Source of the DNA: a plasmid
Sequence record: NZ_CP086424.1
Length of the DNA: 64,000 nucleotides
Direction: 5' to 3' (one strand)
Shown here: piece after piece, positions 43,039 through 51,745 of the stretch
Layout of the letters: every line of letters starts with the position of its first letter
Numbering within the stretch: the stretch's first letter is position 1
Position numbers and translations under genes: made by a program
Notes under the pieces: generated by a model
What the model saw: the letters and a program-made list of their open reading frames with translations, nothing else
The model's database searches: none
Told to the model about the DNA's origin: nothing

Positions 43039-43053
43039 GTAACAAAAAGGAGC

Positions 43054-43656
43054 CTAACTGGCTCCTTTTTTAATGGGGATGATGTTACGTTCGTGGACGT
43101 TATTTTCACTCGGGATATGTAACGTTGAAAAAGGCGTACCGACAAGAGAGTGGTCACATAGCTCTCCATAATAGATGAGCGACAAAATCTCTTGCTCGTT
43201 GATTTTTCCCACCTTAAAAAGGTAATTGATTATTGCTGTATCCAGTAGGTCGTGACACCCATTAAGCAGATCCACGATATTGGCCGCAGCTTCATTTTCC
43301 TCTCCGTCATCTCGACCGGCTAATACTGATTCAACCCAAGCCTCAAGGCTCGGATGTCCCTCAGCGAGCTCTATTTGACGGCACTCGTTCTCGATCAACC
43401 CTGTGATTGCTTCGTTGAGCGTTCCGCCATAAGTCGGCATGTTGAGAACAACTCCAAATCCGGGGATTTCTTTTTGGATTGGCTTCGCATCCTTGGGAGC
43501 TGATTTCAGCCACAGGAAAAACCAGATCCCAGAGCTTATGTCTTCCGGCTTGACCTGGTTGGCCGCAAGGAATTTGGAAACCTCGTTACAGATGATGCCA
43601 TCTGGCGCTGCCATCTCGTAAATACCCGCCATCAGATCTTCAAGGCTCTTATACAT
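43054..43656 (-). CDS. hypothetical protein (about 200 aa)
   Basis: ORF 43054..43716. The first ATG is at 43656. Confidence 0.45.
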   Translation of the reverse strand: MYKSLEDLMAGIYEMAAPDGIICNEVSKFLAANQVKPEDISSGIWFFLWLKSAPKDAKPIQKEIPGFGVVLNMPTYGGTLNEAITGLIENECRQIELAEGHPSLEAWVESVLAGRDDGEENEAAANIVDLLNGCHDLLDTAIINYLFKVGKINEQEILSLIYYGELCDHSLVGTPFSTLHIPSENNVHERNIIPIKKGAS

Positions 43657-43763
43657 ATTATCTCTCGCACCTGTACATGATGTTTTCACTATCGTTGTTA
43701 AGCGTTTTTTCAGCAAGTATGTTCCAGCGAGACATCTTATACCATTCCATCTAAATCTGTAAA

Positions 43764-43799
43764 ATTACCGTATTACCGTAATTATGATAATTACGGTAA
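43764..43799 (+). promoter_or_regulatory. 27-bp perfect palindrome TTACCGTAATTATGATAATTACGGTAA (plus an upstream half-site repeat); candidate operator
   Basis: It lies in the intergenic region between divergent genes. It shares the 14-mer ATTATGATAATTAC with the repeats upstream of kfrA. Confidence 0.55.
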
Positions 43800-43917
43800 A
43801 TAAATTTAAGTTCTTCTTGCTGTTGTTCTACTTATTAAAATGTATCTTTGAAAAAGTAGAGTTTTTGGAATAGGATAGGTGGTGCTGAATGCCCACTTTT
43901 TACAAGGAGCGCGACCA

Positions 43918-44199
43918 GTGATTTTTGATGTAAGAGCGACCTTTGAAGTGGCACTCCAGACGGACACCCACCTGGTACTTATCGATCTGGATCAGGGAGC
44001 ATCAGTTACGAACGATGCTGATGCAGTGATCGCCTGGTTGGCCGCAAACCTCGAAGGTGGAATTGGAAAACGTAAGGTGTACTACCGGGACACCGATGGA
44101 CGCTTTGATGAGCTCAAGGTTAATGCCGGTGCTTTTGCCGGATTTGCACCTTGTAGCGAAGGCCAGCAGACCACCTTGGCTGGGATGCTCGGCCAGTAA
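43918..44199 (+). CDS. hypothetical protein (93 aa, GTG start after AAGGAG)
   Basis: AAGGAG 8 nt upstream of GTG 43918. Confidence 0.4.
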   Translation: MIFDVRATFEVALQTDTHLVLIDLDQGASVTNDADAVIAWLAANLEGGIGKRKVYYRDTDGRFDELKVNAGAFAGFAPCSEGQQTTLAGMLGQ

Positions 44200-44217
44200 C
44201 TTTGTGTGGAGAACTCG

Positions 44218-44505
44218 ATGTTAAACAAAAACAAATTTGAGAAAGTTTTAAAGAGAATCCTCGATAAGAACTTTGAGCGCTGCTCTATTTGCAGGAAACC
44301 ATTCCCTGGACCGTGCCATACTTTTGCTGGTTTGGATTCGGACAATAAAGTTCAGAACGTAGGTTCTTGCTGTCGGACCAGTATTGTGGACTTGCGGCAT
44401 GGAGGTGTGTATACGACCGCTCCTGTAGATACTCAAGAGGGGCAAAGTCAGGCGCGTGAGCTACTCGCAACACATCCTTGTAAGGGGATGATGGGACATG
44501 CTTAG
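44218..44505 (+). CDS. hypothetical Cys-rich protein (95 aa)
   Basis: GGAGAA RBS. Contains CSICRKPFPGPCH...SCCRT cysteines. Confidence 0.4.
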   Translation: MLNKNKFEKVLKRILDKNFERCSICRKPFPGPCHTFAGLDSDNKVQNVGSCCRTSIVDLRHGGVYTTAPVDTQEGQSQARELLATHPCKGMMGHA

Positions 44506-45034
44506 CAAAAAAGTCTTTTTCATTAGTCAAGCGGAGGCCGAAAGACTGGAGCCGGTTCCCGGTGCGGCCATGATCTCCATAACTGACCCAGACAAGTCCC
44601 CTGCCGCTCTCGGACAGTGGGGGCAGTTGTACCGCGATAGCTTCTATGACGGCGGCTATTCTGAGAACACCATCCACACGATGAAGGCAGCGTTCCGGAT
44701 GAATTACGCCTCTTACATTGACTCATCCCAGGCTGAAAAGCTGTCCACCTTCCTGGATGGATTGGTTGGTAGCGGTATCGATCAGATCTTCGTTCATTGC
44801 TATTACGGAGAATCCAGAAGTGGCGCGGTAGCGCTGTACCTCCAGAACAAACATGGATTCACTCCGAATAAGCCGATCACCAAGCCCAACCGAACAGTTT
44901 ACGAATTGCTGTGCAATCCAACCAAGTTTGAACCACTGATGCAAAGCTACGAAACGCAACATATGGAGGAGGAACTACCTCTTCACCTCAAAATATGGGA
45001 TTTTCTTCTCGTTGCGGTCGGGCTTAGGAGGTAA
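44498..45034 (+). CDS. putative CX5R protein-tyrosine/dual-specificity phosphatase-like protein (178 aa)
   Basis: VHCYYGESRSGA fits the HCX5R(S/T) phosphatase P-loop. Confidence 0.45.
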   Translation: MLSKKVFFISQAEAERLEPVPGAAMISITDPDKSPAALGQWGQLYRDSFYDGGYSENTIHTMKAAFRMNYASYIDSSQAEKLSTFLDGLVGSGIDQIFVHCYYGESRSGAVALYLQNKHGFTPNKPITKPNRTVYELLCNPTKFEPLMQSYETQHMEEELPLHLKIWDFLLVAVGLRR

Positions 45035-45036
45035 CT

Positions 45037-46047
45037 TTGCACGACACAAACAATGACAAGGAAGAGCTAGTTTCACATGCGAAAGTAAATGTTCCGGCAG
45101 AACAAAGCATTCGCGGTGAACTGTTGCCGTCATCGAGCTCGCTCCGGAACATCCAGGACAACCCCGCCGTCGCCTATCTGGTGAGCCTCGGGTCAAAGCG
45201 AAGCAGGCAGACCATGAGCTCATTCCTCAACATTGTCGCCAAGATGATCGGGTTTCAGAACCTTCGTGACTGTGCATGGAGCTCAATGAGGCGGCACCAC
45301 ATATTGGCGGTGCTGGAAATGCTGGGGGATGCAGGGAAGGCTCCGGCAACGATCAACACCTACCTGTCAGCGCTCAAAGGGGTGGCTCTTGAAGCCTGGA
45401 CGATGAAGCAAATTGATACGGATAGCTTCCAGCACATTAAGCAAGTCCGTTCAGTACGTGGATCTCGACTTCCTAAAGGGCGGGCACTTGAACGCCATGA
45501 GATTCGCAGCCTCTTTTTCACATGTGAAAGTGATTCAAGCGCCAAAGGGCTTCGGGATGCGGCCATTCTCGGGGTGCTCCTCGGGTGTGGCTTGCGCCGC
45601 TCGGAAATCGTTGCGCTGGACATGGGAAGCATGATCTACAAGGACCGCGCTCTCAAGGTTCTTGGCAAGGGCAACAAAGAGAGAATGGCGTATGTGCCTG
45701 GTGGCGCATGGAAAAGACTGGATAAGTGGGTTGAAGAGGTTCGAGGAACGCATGAAGGGCCTTTATTCCCGAGGATCAGGCGGTTTGATGATGTGACTGG
45801 AGAGCGGATGTCGGATCAGGCCATCTACCACATCTTGGAGACCAGAAGAGTTGAAGCCGGTCTGGAGATGTTTGCGCCCCATGACCTGCGACGCACCTTT
45901 GCCTCCTCGATGCTGGATAACGGTGAGGATATTGTGACCGTGAAGGACGCAATGGGCCACTCAAGCATTGCAACTACCCAGAAATATGACAGACGCGGCG
46001 ATGAGCGTTTGAAGAGAGCGAGCCAACGCCTCGATATAGCGGATTAA
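45037..46047 (+). CDS. int: tyrosine recombinase (XerC/D-like integrase family, 336 aa)
   Basis: C-terminal catalytic residues ...RRSEI...HDLRRTFASSMLDNGEDIVTVKDAMGHSSIATTQKYDRR. AGGAGG RBS then TTG start. Confidence 0.8.
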   Translation: MHDTNNDKEELVSHAKVNVPAEQSIRGELLPSSSSLRNIQDNPAVAYLVSLGSKRSRQTMSSFLNIVAKMIGFQNLRDCAWSSMRRHHILAVLEMLGDAGKAPATINTYLSALKGVALEAWTMKQIDTDSFQHIKQVRSVRGSRLPKGRALERHEIRSLFFTCESDSSAKGLRDAAILGVLLGCGLRRSEIVALDMGSMIYKDRALKVLGKGNKERMAYVPGGAWKRLDKWVEEVRGTHEGPLFPRIRRFDDVTGERMSDQAIYHILETRRVEAGLEMFAPHDLRRTFASSMLDNGEDIVTVKDAMGHSSIATTQKYDRRGDERLKRASQRLDIAD

Positions 46048-46051
46048 CAGC

Positions 46052-46921
46052 ATGAATGATGAAGAACTCGAACTTGCCAGAGCCGAAGCCATGAAAGCCG
46101 ATAGGTGCTTTTCAAAAGGACGGCTCAGGGACGAATTTAGGATGAAGCCTAAGCCAGGAGTAGAGCCAGTTTCGTTCTACAAAAACGGGTATGGTGGCCA
46201 ATTTGGAGTGTACCGGATAGCAGATTGCCAACCAATGCGGAGAAGGGGTTGTTCACCGGCATCACAAAAGCAAATAAGGGCGCAATCCATCCTTTCGGTC
46301 AAGGCAAGAATGCGTAGCAACCTGGCAAAGGCCTCTGTCATGGCACAAAGGTGGGTCGCTCTGGAACCTCTGGTTCTCGATACCGAGACGACCGGACTTG
46401 GTGAAAGAGACCAGGTGATCGAGCTGGCTGTTACTGACATCAGAGGCGCGGTTCTCCTCTGCACCAGATTACGACCAACCGTGGAAATAGACCCTCAGGC
46501 AATGGGTGTTCATGGCATCACCGAGACTGAGCTGTCGAATGAGCCTACGTGGACTCAAGTTGCGCCAGCTCTCGCCCGGCTTTTGTCGGGCCGTCATCTG
46601 GTGATATTTAACTCCAGTTTCGACAGTAGGATGTTGAGGCAAACAGCCAGTGCATTTGGAGACCAACTCTCTTGGTGGCAAGAGCAGAACTGTCTGTGCG
46701 CGATGAAGCTGGCGGCTGATGCCTTTGGCTCAACCAACCGGCACGGCACAATCTCACTTGCGGATGCCACCTGCGAGGCAGGTGTGAGCTGGAAAGGTCG
46801 AGCCCATTCAGCAGCGACCGACGCTATTGCCACCGCCGACTTGGTGACAGAGATAGCCAAAGTCCAACGTGACCTCGTGGTCCAGCTCCAGGAGCTTCAA
46901 AGCAAAGGTAATTTGGAATGA
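46052..46921 (+). CDS. DnaQ-like DEDDh 3'-5' exonuclease (289 aa) with N-terminal extension
   Basis: LVLDTETTGLG (Exo I), HGITETEL (Exo II) and HSAATDAIATADL (Exo III) motifs. Confidence 0.75.
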   Translation: MNDEELELARAEAMKADRCFSKGRLRDEFRMKPKPGVEPVSFYKNGYGGQFGVYRIADCQPMRRRGCSPASQKQIRAQSILSVKARMRSNLAKASVMAQRWVALEPLVLDTETTGLGERDQVIELAVTDIRGAVLLCTRLRPTVEIDPQAMGVHGITETELSNEPTWTQVAPALARLLSGRHLVIFNSSFDSRMLRQTASAFGDQLSWWQEQNCLCAMKLAADAFGSTNRHGTISLADATCEAGVSWKGRAHSAATDAIATADLVTEIAKVQRDLVVQLQELQSKGNLE

Positions 46922-47409
46922 CAGAACAATCCTACGGCGAAAGTCTCAAATTTTTCTCAGACTGGCAGAAGGACCCCGCGAAACGCACCGGCCTGAATGT
47001 GCAACACACGCTAACCAGAGGTGAATATCCTACGGTCAGCATCGAGATTGCGCCGATCAGGGCATCGGGGTCCAGCCCAGACTGGAAAAGCAAGATCACG
47101 GTGCAGCTCACTCGCGGCGAACTGACGGCGTTTTGCAGCGTTCTCTTTGGTTTGCGTAGCAAGGCTGAGGGTTCCTATCACGGCGACGCGAAGAATAAGA
47201 GCTTTGCGGTTTACAACAACGGCAAGGCCGGTGTTGCGATCATCCTTAGTGAGCGAGGAAACCAGCTCCAGAATTTCATCAATGATGACGACCGAATGGA
47301 GCTCGCAGTCTTCGCAGTTCGCCAGCTTTCCAACGCATGGAAAGTTACCCCTTCTGATGCCATCGCGCTGCTACGCCAATCAGCGTGGATGGACCGAAAT
47401 TTGTCCTAA
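46918..47409 (+). CDS. hypothetical protein (163 aa)
   Basis: Translationally coupled to the exonuclease gene (ATGA overlap). Confidence 0.5.
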   Translation: MTEQSYGESLKFFSDWQKDPAKRTGLNVQHTLTRGEYPTVSIEIAPIRASGSSPDWKSKITVQLTRGELTAFCSVLFGLRSKAEGSYHGDAKNKSFAVYNNGKAGVAIILSERGNQLQNFINDDDRMELAVFAVRQLSNAWKVTPSDAIALLRQSAWMDRNLS

Positions 47410-47454
47410 TCGAGCAAATCTAGGCACTCTAAAAGTCGTCCTATAACCACAAAG

Positions 47455-47680
47455 TTAGACCATCATGCAAAGTGGGGTATAGAGGGTGCCAGCCCCACCC
47501 CAGCAGTCCCCCTCAGCCACATTTCTGGCTTGCCCCGCGCTTTTCTTCTTTCTCTCTTTTTCTCTCTTTTTCTCTCTCTTTCTCAATCTAATCTCACACA
47601 CGAAGGTCAAACAGGGCACCCGCCGACGCGAAGCGGAGGCGTATTCTTGCCCCTCCCCCTCGTTGCATGATGGTCTAAAT
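47455..47680 (+). repeat. 226-bp element bounded by perfect 16-bp inverted repeats (TTAGACCATCATGCAA ... TTGCATGATGGTCTAA) with CT-rich low-complexity core
   Basis: The IR arms are at 47455-47470 and 47665-47680. The core contains (TTCTCTCTTT)n and C-rich runs. Confidence 0.7.
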
Positions 47681-47735
47681 CTGTCTACTATGTAACCAAT
47701 GAACTGTTAGAACAAACCCACACATAGGCGGCAGC

Positions 47736-48611
47736 ATGGCTAAAAACTTCATATCAGAACAATTCTCGGCCATGTGCCGCGACTTAACGAACCTGTCCTC
47801 TCTTATCAAACGACTACCGCCACGGTACGCAAAAGTTGCGGCCATCCCTCCTACCGGAAAAGGAATGGAGAACGAGCCCGTCAACAAGATTGTCGTAACT
47901 GAACAAACTGGGCGCGAAGCTCTTGAGCTGGCAGCGCACAGCTACAGAGATCTTCACATCAACCCAGACTATTCGCAGAAGTCTGCCAGGCGCACCGTGG
48001 GGGTACTCTGGTTCTCCCCTTCCAGGATTGGTGTAGCTGACGAAATTGCGGCGACGGTTGAACGCATCAACGCGGCCAAAGCTGGTATCGAGGAGTTCAT
48101 TATCTCGACGTACCCCACCAGGCAAGAGAGGTTTGAAGCACTTCGAGCGGACTGCCCTGGTGTCATGACTCTCCACCTTTACAGACAAATTCGGTGCTAT
48201 ACCAATGGCGACATCGACTCTATCCGCTTCACCTGGCAACGGAAGGACTCCTTGAAGAAGCCCGTAAAAGAGGAGCTTTTGCAACGCATCAGAGAGGAGC
48301 TGGAGCGATCTGGGCCAGACTATCAACTTCCCCTGGAGCAGCTTATCCAGAAGATCGCCAGCACCCCGGAGCCTTATCTCCGGGAGCGAAGGGAAGTAAA
48401 GGTTCAACCGGTGGCAAACGTCATGGCCGCAGGGGTACTCAAAACCGTTACCGCGCCAATGCCCCTGATCGTGCTCCAGGATAAGGATGTTCAGCTCAAA
48501 TTGCTTCGTAACTTTGACGCCTCAGAACAACGCAAAACTCGATCTGATAAAGCGGCATCGGAAATCCTTGGCACCTTCGGTGGAGTCACTATCGAATCCT
48601 TCCCTGGATGA
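47736..48611 (+). CDS. tus: Tus-like replication terminus-binding protein homologue (291 aa)
   Basis: Blockwise similarity to E. coli Tus: NEPVNKIVVTEQ ~ NPLNRIEVKQH, GVMTLHLYRQI...IRFTWQRK ~ GLITLNAYRTL...LRFGWANK, EVKVQPVANV ~ PVKVQPIARV, PMPLIVLQD ~ PTPLIALIN. Confidence 0.65.
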   Translation: MAKNFISEQFSAMCRDLTNLSSLIKRLPPRYAKVAAIPPTGKGMENEPVNKIVVTEQTGREALELAAHSYRDLHINPDYSQKSARRTVGVLWFSPSRIGVADEIAATVERINAAKAGIEEFIISTYPTRQERFEALRADCPGVMTLHLYRQIRCYTNGDIDSIRFTWQRKDSLKKPVKEELLQRIREELERSGPDYQLPLEQLIQKIASTPEPYLRERREVKVQPVANVMAAGVLKTVTAPMPLIVLQDKDVQLKLLRNFDASEQRKTRSDKAASEILGTFGGVTIESFPG

Positions 48612-48689
48612 ATCAGCGTGACCGCGTAACAAGGCTTTTCCGCAGCCGGAAGGGCTTTGTCCCACACAAACAATTCCAATCGACAGCAG

Positions 48690-48750
48690 CATGATATATA
48701 ATTATGATAATTACCGTATTATCGTAATTATCGTAATTATCGTAAACATT
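48690..48750 (+). promoter_or_regulatory. AT-rich iteron/operator cluster upstream of kfrA (ATTATGATAATTACCGTA followed by three TCGTAATTA repeats)
   Basis: Direct repeats at 48722-48748. Shares its core with the 43773 palindrome. Confidence 0.55.
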
Positions 48751-48772
48751 ACAAATTAAAAGGAACGTTCTC

Positions 48773-49813
48773 ATGGCAAGAAAATTGGTTGAGTTTGACG
48801 ATGTAGCGGCTGCGGCCCAAAAGCTCAAGGACGCCGGTAAACGCCCAACGGTCATCGCTATCAGAGACATCATTGGCAAGGGGAGCTTTACCACCATTTC
48901 AACGTATCTCAAACAGTGGTCAGAGGAACACTCCCTCGATGAAGAGCTGGTAGAGGTAGTCCTTCCAGAATCGGTTATGAGCGATGCTGAGCTCTTCCTA
49001 CAGAAGATCTATACGGTAGCCAAAGCAAGCGCCGATGAACAGCTTGAGCGCGAGCGTGAACTGCTACGACAGAAAGAAATTGAGTACCAGGAAGATATGC
49101 AGCAAGCCGTGGACATGGCAAATGATGCCACCGAACGGGCTGAGCTACTGGAGGAACAACTTGAAGCTCTCACCAACAAAAAATCAGAGCTCGATGCGGC
49201 CCTTGGTAAGGCAGAAAACTCGCTATCCCTCAAGTCTGCGGAGCTAGAACGCTCACTGGCTGACATTGATAAGCTGGAAAAGCGGATCGTTGAGTTGGAG
49301 GGCAAGCTGGAGGCGAAAGCCGCAGATCTGACCCGAGCACAGGATCACCTGGAGCAAGCTAAAAGCGAAAATCGCTCTTTGAGCCAAAAATTGGCAACTA
49401 CAGAGGGTGAGTTGGAGGAGCAAAAAGGCAAGAGTATAGAGCAGACAGAAAAGCTCCGGGCCGCTCAGGAACAAAAAACATCGTTGAAAGAGCAGCTCGA
49501 AAATGTACAGGCCAAACTGGCCCAATCACAGGACTCCCTTGCCACAGCCAAAGCTCATGGCGAATCCGCTGAACGAGAGTGCCAGCGCCTATCTGGAGAG
49601 GTAGAAAAGCTGGACGCCAAATTATCCAGCGCCGAAGCAGAAGCTCGCGCTCTTGTTCAAGACAAAGGCATGATGGCTGGTCAGTTGCAGGAAAAAGACC
49701 AGCAGGCCAAGAGCCTCGAACAAAGACTCAATGATGCACTGACCAAAATTTCTGGGTTGGAGCAAGAGCTCGCTAAAGCTGGTAAGGGAGGGAAAAAGAA
49801 AGAGGAAAACTGA
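48773..49813 (+). CDS. kfrA: KfrA-like DNA-binding coiled-coil protein (346 aa)
   Basis: An N-terminal winged-HTH-like region MARKLVEFDDVAAAAQKLKDAGKRPTVIAIRDIIGKGSFTTISTYLKQW, followed by about 250 aa of heptad-rich E/K/L/A coiled coil. Confidence 0.8.
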   Translation: MARKLVEFDDVAAAAQKLKDAGKRPTVIAIRDIIGKGSFTTISTYLKQWSEEHSLDEELVEVVLPESVMSDAELFLQKIYTVAKASADEQLERERELLRQKEIEYQEDMQQAVDMANDATERAELLEEQLEALTNKKSELDAALGKAENSLSLKSAELERSLADIDKLEKRIVELEGKLEAKAADLTRAQDHLEQAKSENRSLSQKLATTEGELEEQKGKSIEQTEKLRAAQEQKTSLKEQLENVQAKLAQSQDSLATAKAHGESAERECQRLSGEVEKLDAKLSSAEAEARALVQDKGMMAGQLQEKDQQAKSLEQRLNDALTKISGLEQELAKAGKGGKKKEEN

Positions 49814-50091
49814 TGGCGCGAAAGGCTAAATATTCAGAAGAGTGGCGACACAGAGCTGCGGCTCTTCAAACCAAGATTGAGGAGGCTATGACACTAGCCA
49901 CCTCATCTATTGGCGACTATCGCTGGTTACACCGTCTCCATAGTTGGGTTACGGAGGTGGCTCAAGGTAAAGCCCCAGACTGGTGGACAGATCTGGATTG
50001 TGAAGTATCCCTCCCCCGAGAAGAAAAGCGGATCAGTACGTTCCTCTCGACACAAAAGAAGCGCATCACTCTCCAGATGTGTTTGTCGTAG
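49813..50091 (+). CDS. hypothetical protein (92 aa)
   Basis: ATGA-coupled to kfrA. Confidence 0.4.
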   Translation: MARKAKYSEEWRHRAAALQTKIEEAMTLATSSIGDYRWLHRLHSWVTEVAQGKAPDWWTDLDCEVSLPREEKRISTFLSTQKKRITLQMCLS

Positions 50092-50099
50092 GGGGCCTC

Positions 50100-51611
50100 A
50101 TGAAACAACTTCCTCCTGACACACCAGAACAATCACTGATCACTCAGTACAAAGGGCCTCGCCTTGTCGTTAAGGCCTACGCTGGAACGGGTAAAACCAC
50201 GACACTGGTGAAGTACGCCCACAACAACCTCGATTCACGTATCCTCTACTTGGCATACAACAGGGCTATCCGCGACGAGGCAAGAGAAAAGTTTCCTGCA
50301 AACGTAGACTGCAAAACGTCCCACCAGCTTGCCTACGCCACTATAGGAAGGGGCTACCAGCACAAACTCTCCGGCAACCTAAGGCTCACCGATATTGCCC
50401 AAGCGGTGAATACCAAGAACTGGACGTTTGCCAAAGATATTCTCGATACGCTCAACGCCTTTATGTGTAGTGCAGACATGCGGATTCTTTATACGCATTT
50501 TGCTCGCGCCGATACGGGTAAAGTGCTTACGTCCAAACAGGAGAGATACCAAATCCAGGTGGTCGAAGGTGCTGAGCTCATATGGAAACGGATGACAAAC
50601 GTTCAAGATCCGTTCCCGACCGTACACGATTGCTACCTCAAACAGTATCAGCTCGGGATGCCGAATCTGTCTCGCCGGTACACCACCATTCTTTTTGATG
50701 AAGCACAAGACGCTAACCCCGTAACAAGTAGCATCGTCCTACAGCAGAACTGCAAGGTAATCCTGGTTGGAGATCGCCACCAGCAGATCTATAGGTTCAG
50801 AGGCGCAAACAACGCCCTTGATAGCAAAGAGCTCATGAACGCCGACCAACTCTATCTCACTCATAGCTTCCGCTTTGGCCCCAACGTTTCGCTGGTGGCA
50901 AACGCCCTTCTTGAACTCAAAGGTGAAACACGACCTGTTGTTGGCCGGGGACCAGCAGATCAGGTACTCATGTTTTTACCAGGTGACGTGGGCCACCGCG
51001 CAATACTTCACCGAACCGTCATGGGGGTTATAGAGACGGCGCTCTCTGCGACCGAATCCGGAGCGCAGGTATTCTGGGTCGGTGGAATCGACGCTTACCA
51101 GATCAATGAGCTCCAGGATTTGTACTGGTTTTCGATGGCAGAGCCAGACCGGGTAAAGAATAAGAAACTGCTTGATGAGTATGAAGACTACTTCGAGTAT
51201 CAAGAAGTAGCGAAGGCGACCAAAGACCCTGAGATGATGAGGGCTGTCAAGATCATCAACAGCTACGATGAAATCCCTGAACGACTCACCACTCTACGAC
51301 GCAATACAGTCAAAGAAGAGTTTGGGGCTGACATTACGGTCTCAACAGCTCATCGGTGCAAAGGGTTGGAGTGGGACTTTGTTCAGCTCTATGACGACTT
51401 TCCGGATGTCCTGGACCCAGAGCTCGACCCAATGGCCCGTGACGATGAAATAAACCTGCTCTACGTTGCATCCACCAGAGCGATGCGAATCCTTGCGTTG
51501 AACAGCGCTGTCGAGATGGTTATCCGCTACATCACCCAAAAACGCATGGTCGAGAAGCAGATGAAGATGGCCGCAGAAGCGACAGAAGTTGAAGAGGACA
51601 CGACCAAATAG
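50100..51611 (+). CDS. UvrD/PcrA-like superfamily I helicase-domain protein (503 aa)
   Basis: Walker A AYAGTGKTT, DEAQD (Walker B), and C-terminal UvrD_C-like VSTAHRCKGLEWDFV motif. AGGGGG RBS. Confidence 0.8.
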   Translation: MKQLPPDTPEQSLITQYKGPRLVVKAYAGTGKTTTLVKYAHNNLDSRILYLAYNRAIRDEAREKFPANVDCKTSHQLAYATIGRGYQHKLSGNLRLTDIAQAVNTKNWTFAKDILDTLNAFMCSADMRILYTHFARADTGKVLTSKQERYQIQVVEGAELIWKRMTNVQDPFPTVHDCYLKQYQLGMPNLSRRYTTILFDEAQDANPVTSSIVLQQNCKVILVGDRHQQIYRFRGANNALDSKELMNADQLYLTHSFRFGPNVSLVANALLELKGETRPVVGRGPADQVLMFLPGDVGHRAILHRTVMGVIETALSATESGAQVFWVGGIDAYQINELQDLYWFSMAEPDRVKNKKLLDEYEDYFEYQEVAKATKDPEMMRAVKIINSYDEIPERLTTLRRNTVKEEFGADITVSTAHRCKGLEWDFVQLYDDFPDVLDPELDPMARDDEINLLYVASTRAMRILALNSAVEMVIRYITQKRMVEKQMKMAAEATEVEEDTTK

Positions 51612-51622
51612 TTTGGTCAATT

Positions 51623-51638
51623 CTTTCACATGTGAAAG
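51623..51638 (+). promoter_or_regulatory. perfect palindrome CTTTCACATGTGAAAG about 100 bp upstream of traF
   Basis: The same TTTCACATGTGAAA core recurs at 45516-45530 and 58347-58370. Confidence 0.55.
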
Positions 51639-51745
51639 TTGACAAATAAAACGCTCTAAGCGCCCTAAATGGGCGCTTACACCTGCCTAATTTCACGCCT
51701 CCCACCTCTACCATATCGAGCATGGGAAAATACGTGCGTGAGACT

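Noticed and set aside
47530-47600. Possible CRISPR-like short repeats (TTCTCTCTTT units)
   Set aside because: Simple pyrimidine low-complexity tract without spacers of unique sequence. Not a CRISPR array.
48613-48912. 99-aa minus-strand ORF spanning the kfrA promoter repeats
   Set aside because: It overlaps the kfrA start and the iteron array. It is AT-rich repeat-driven, and it is antisense to a supported gene.
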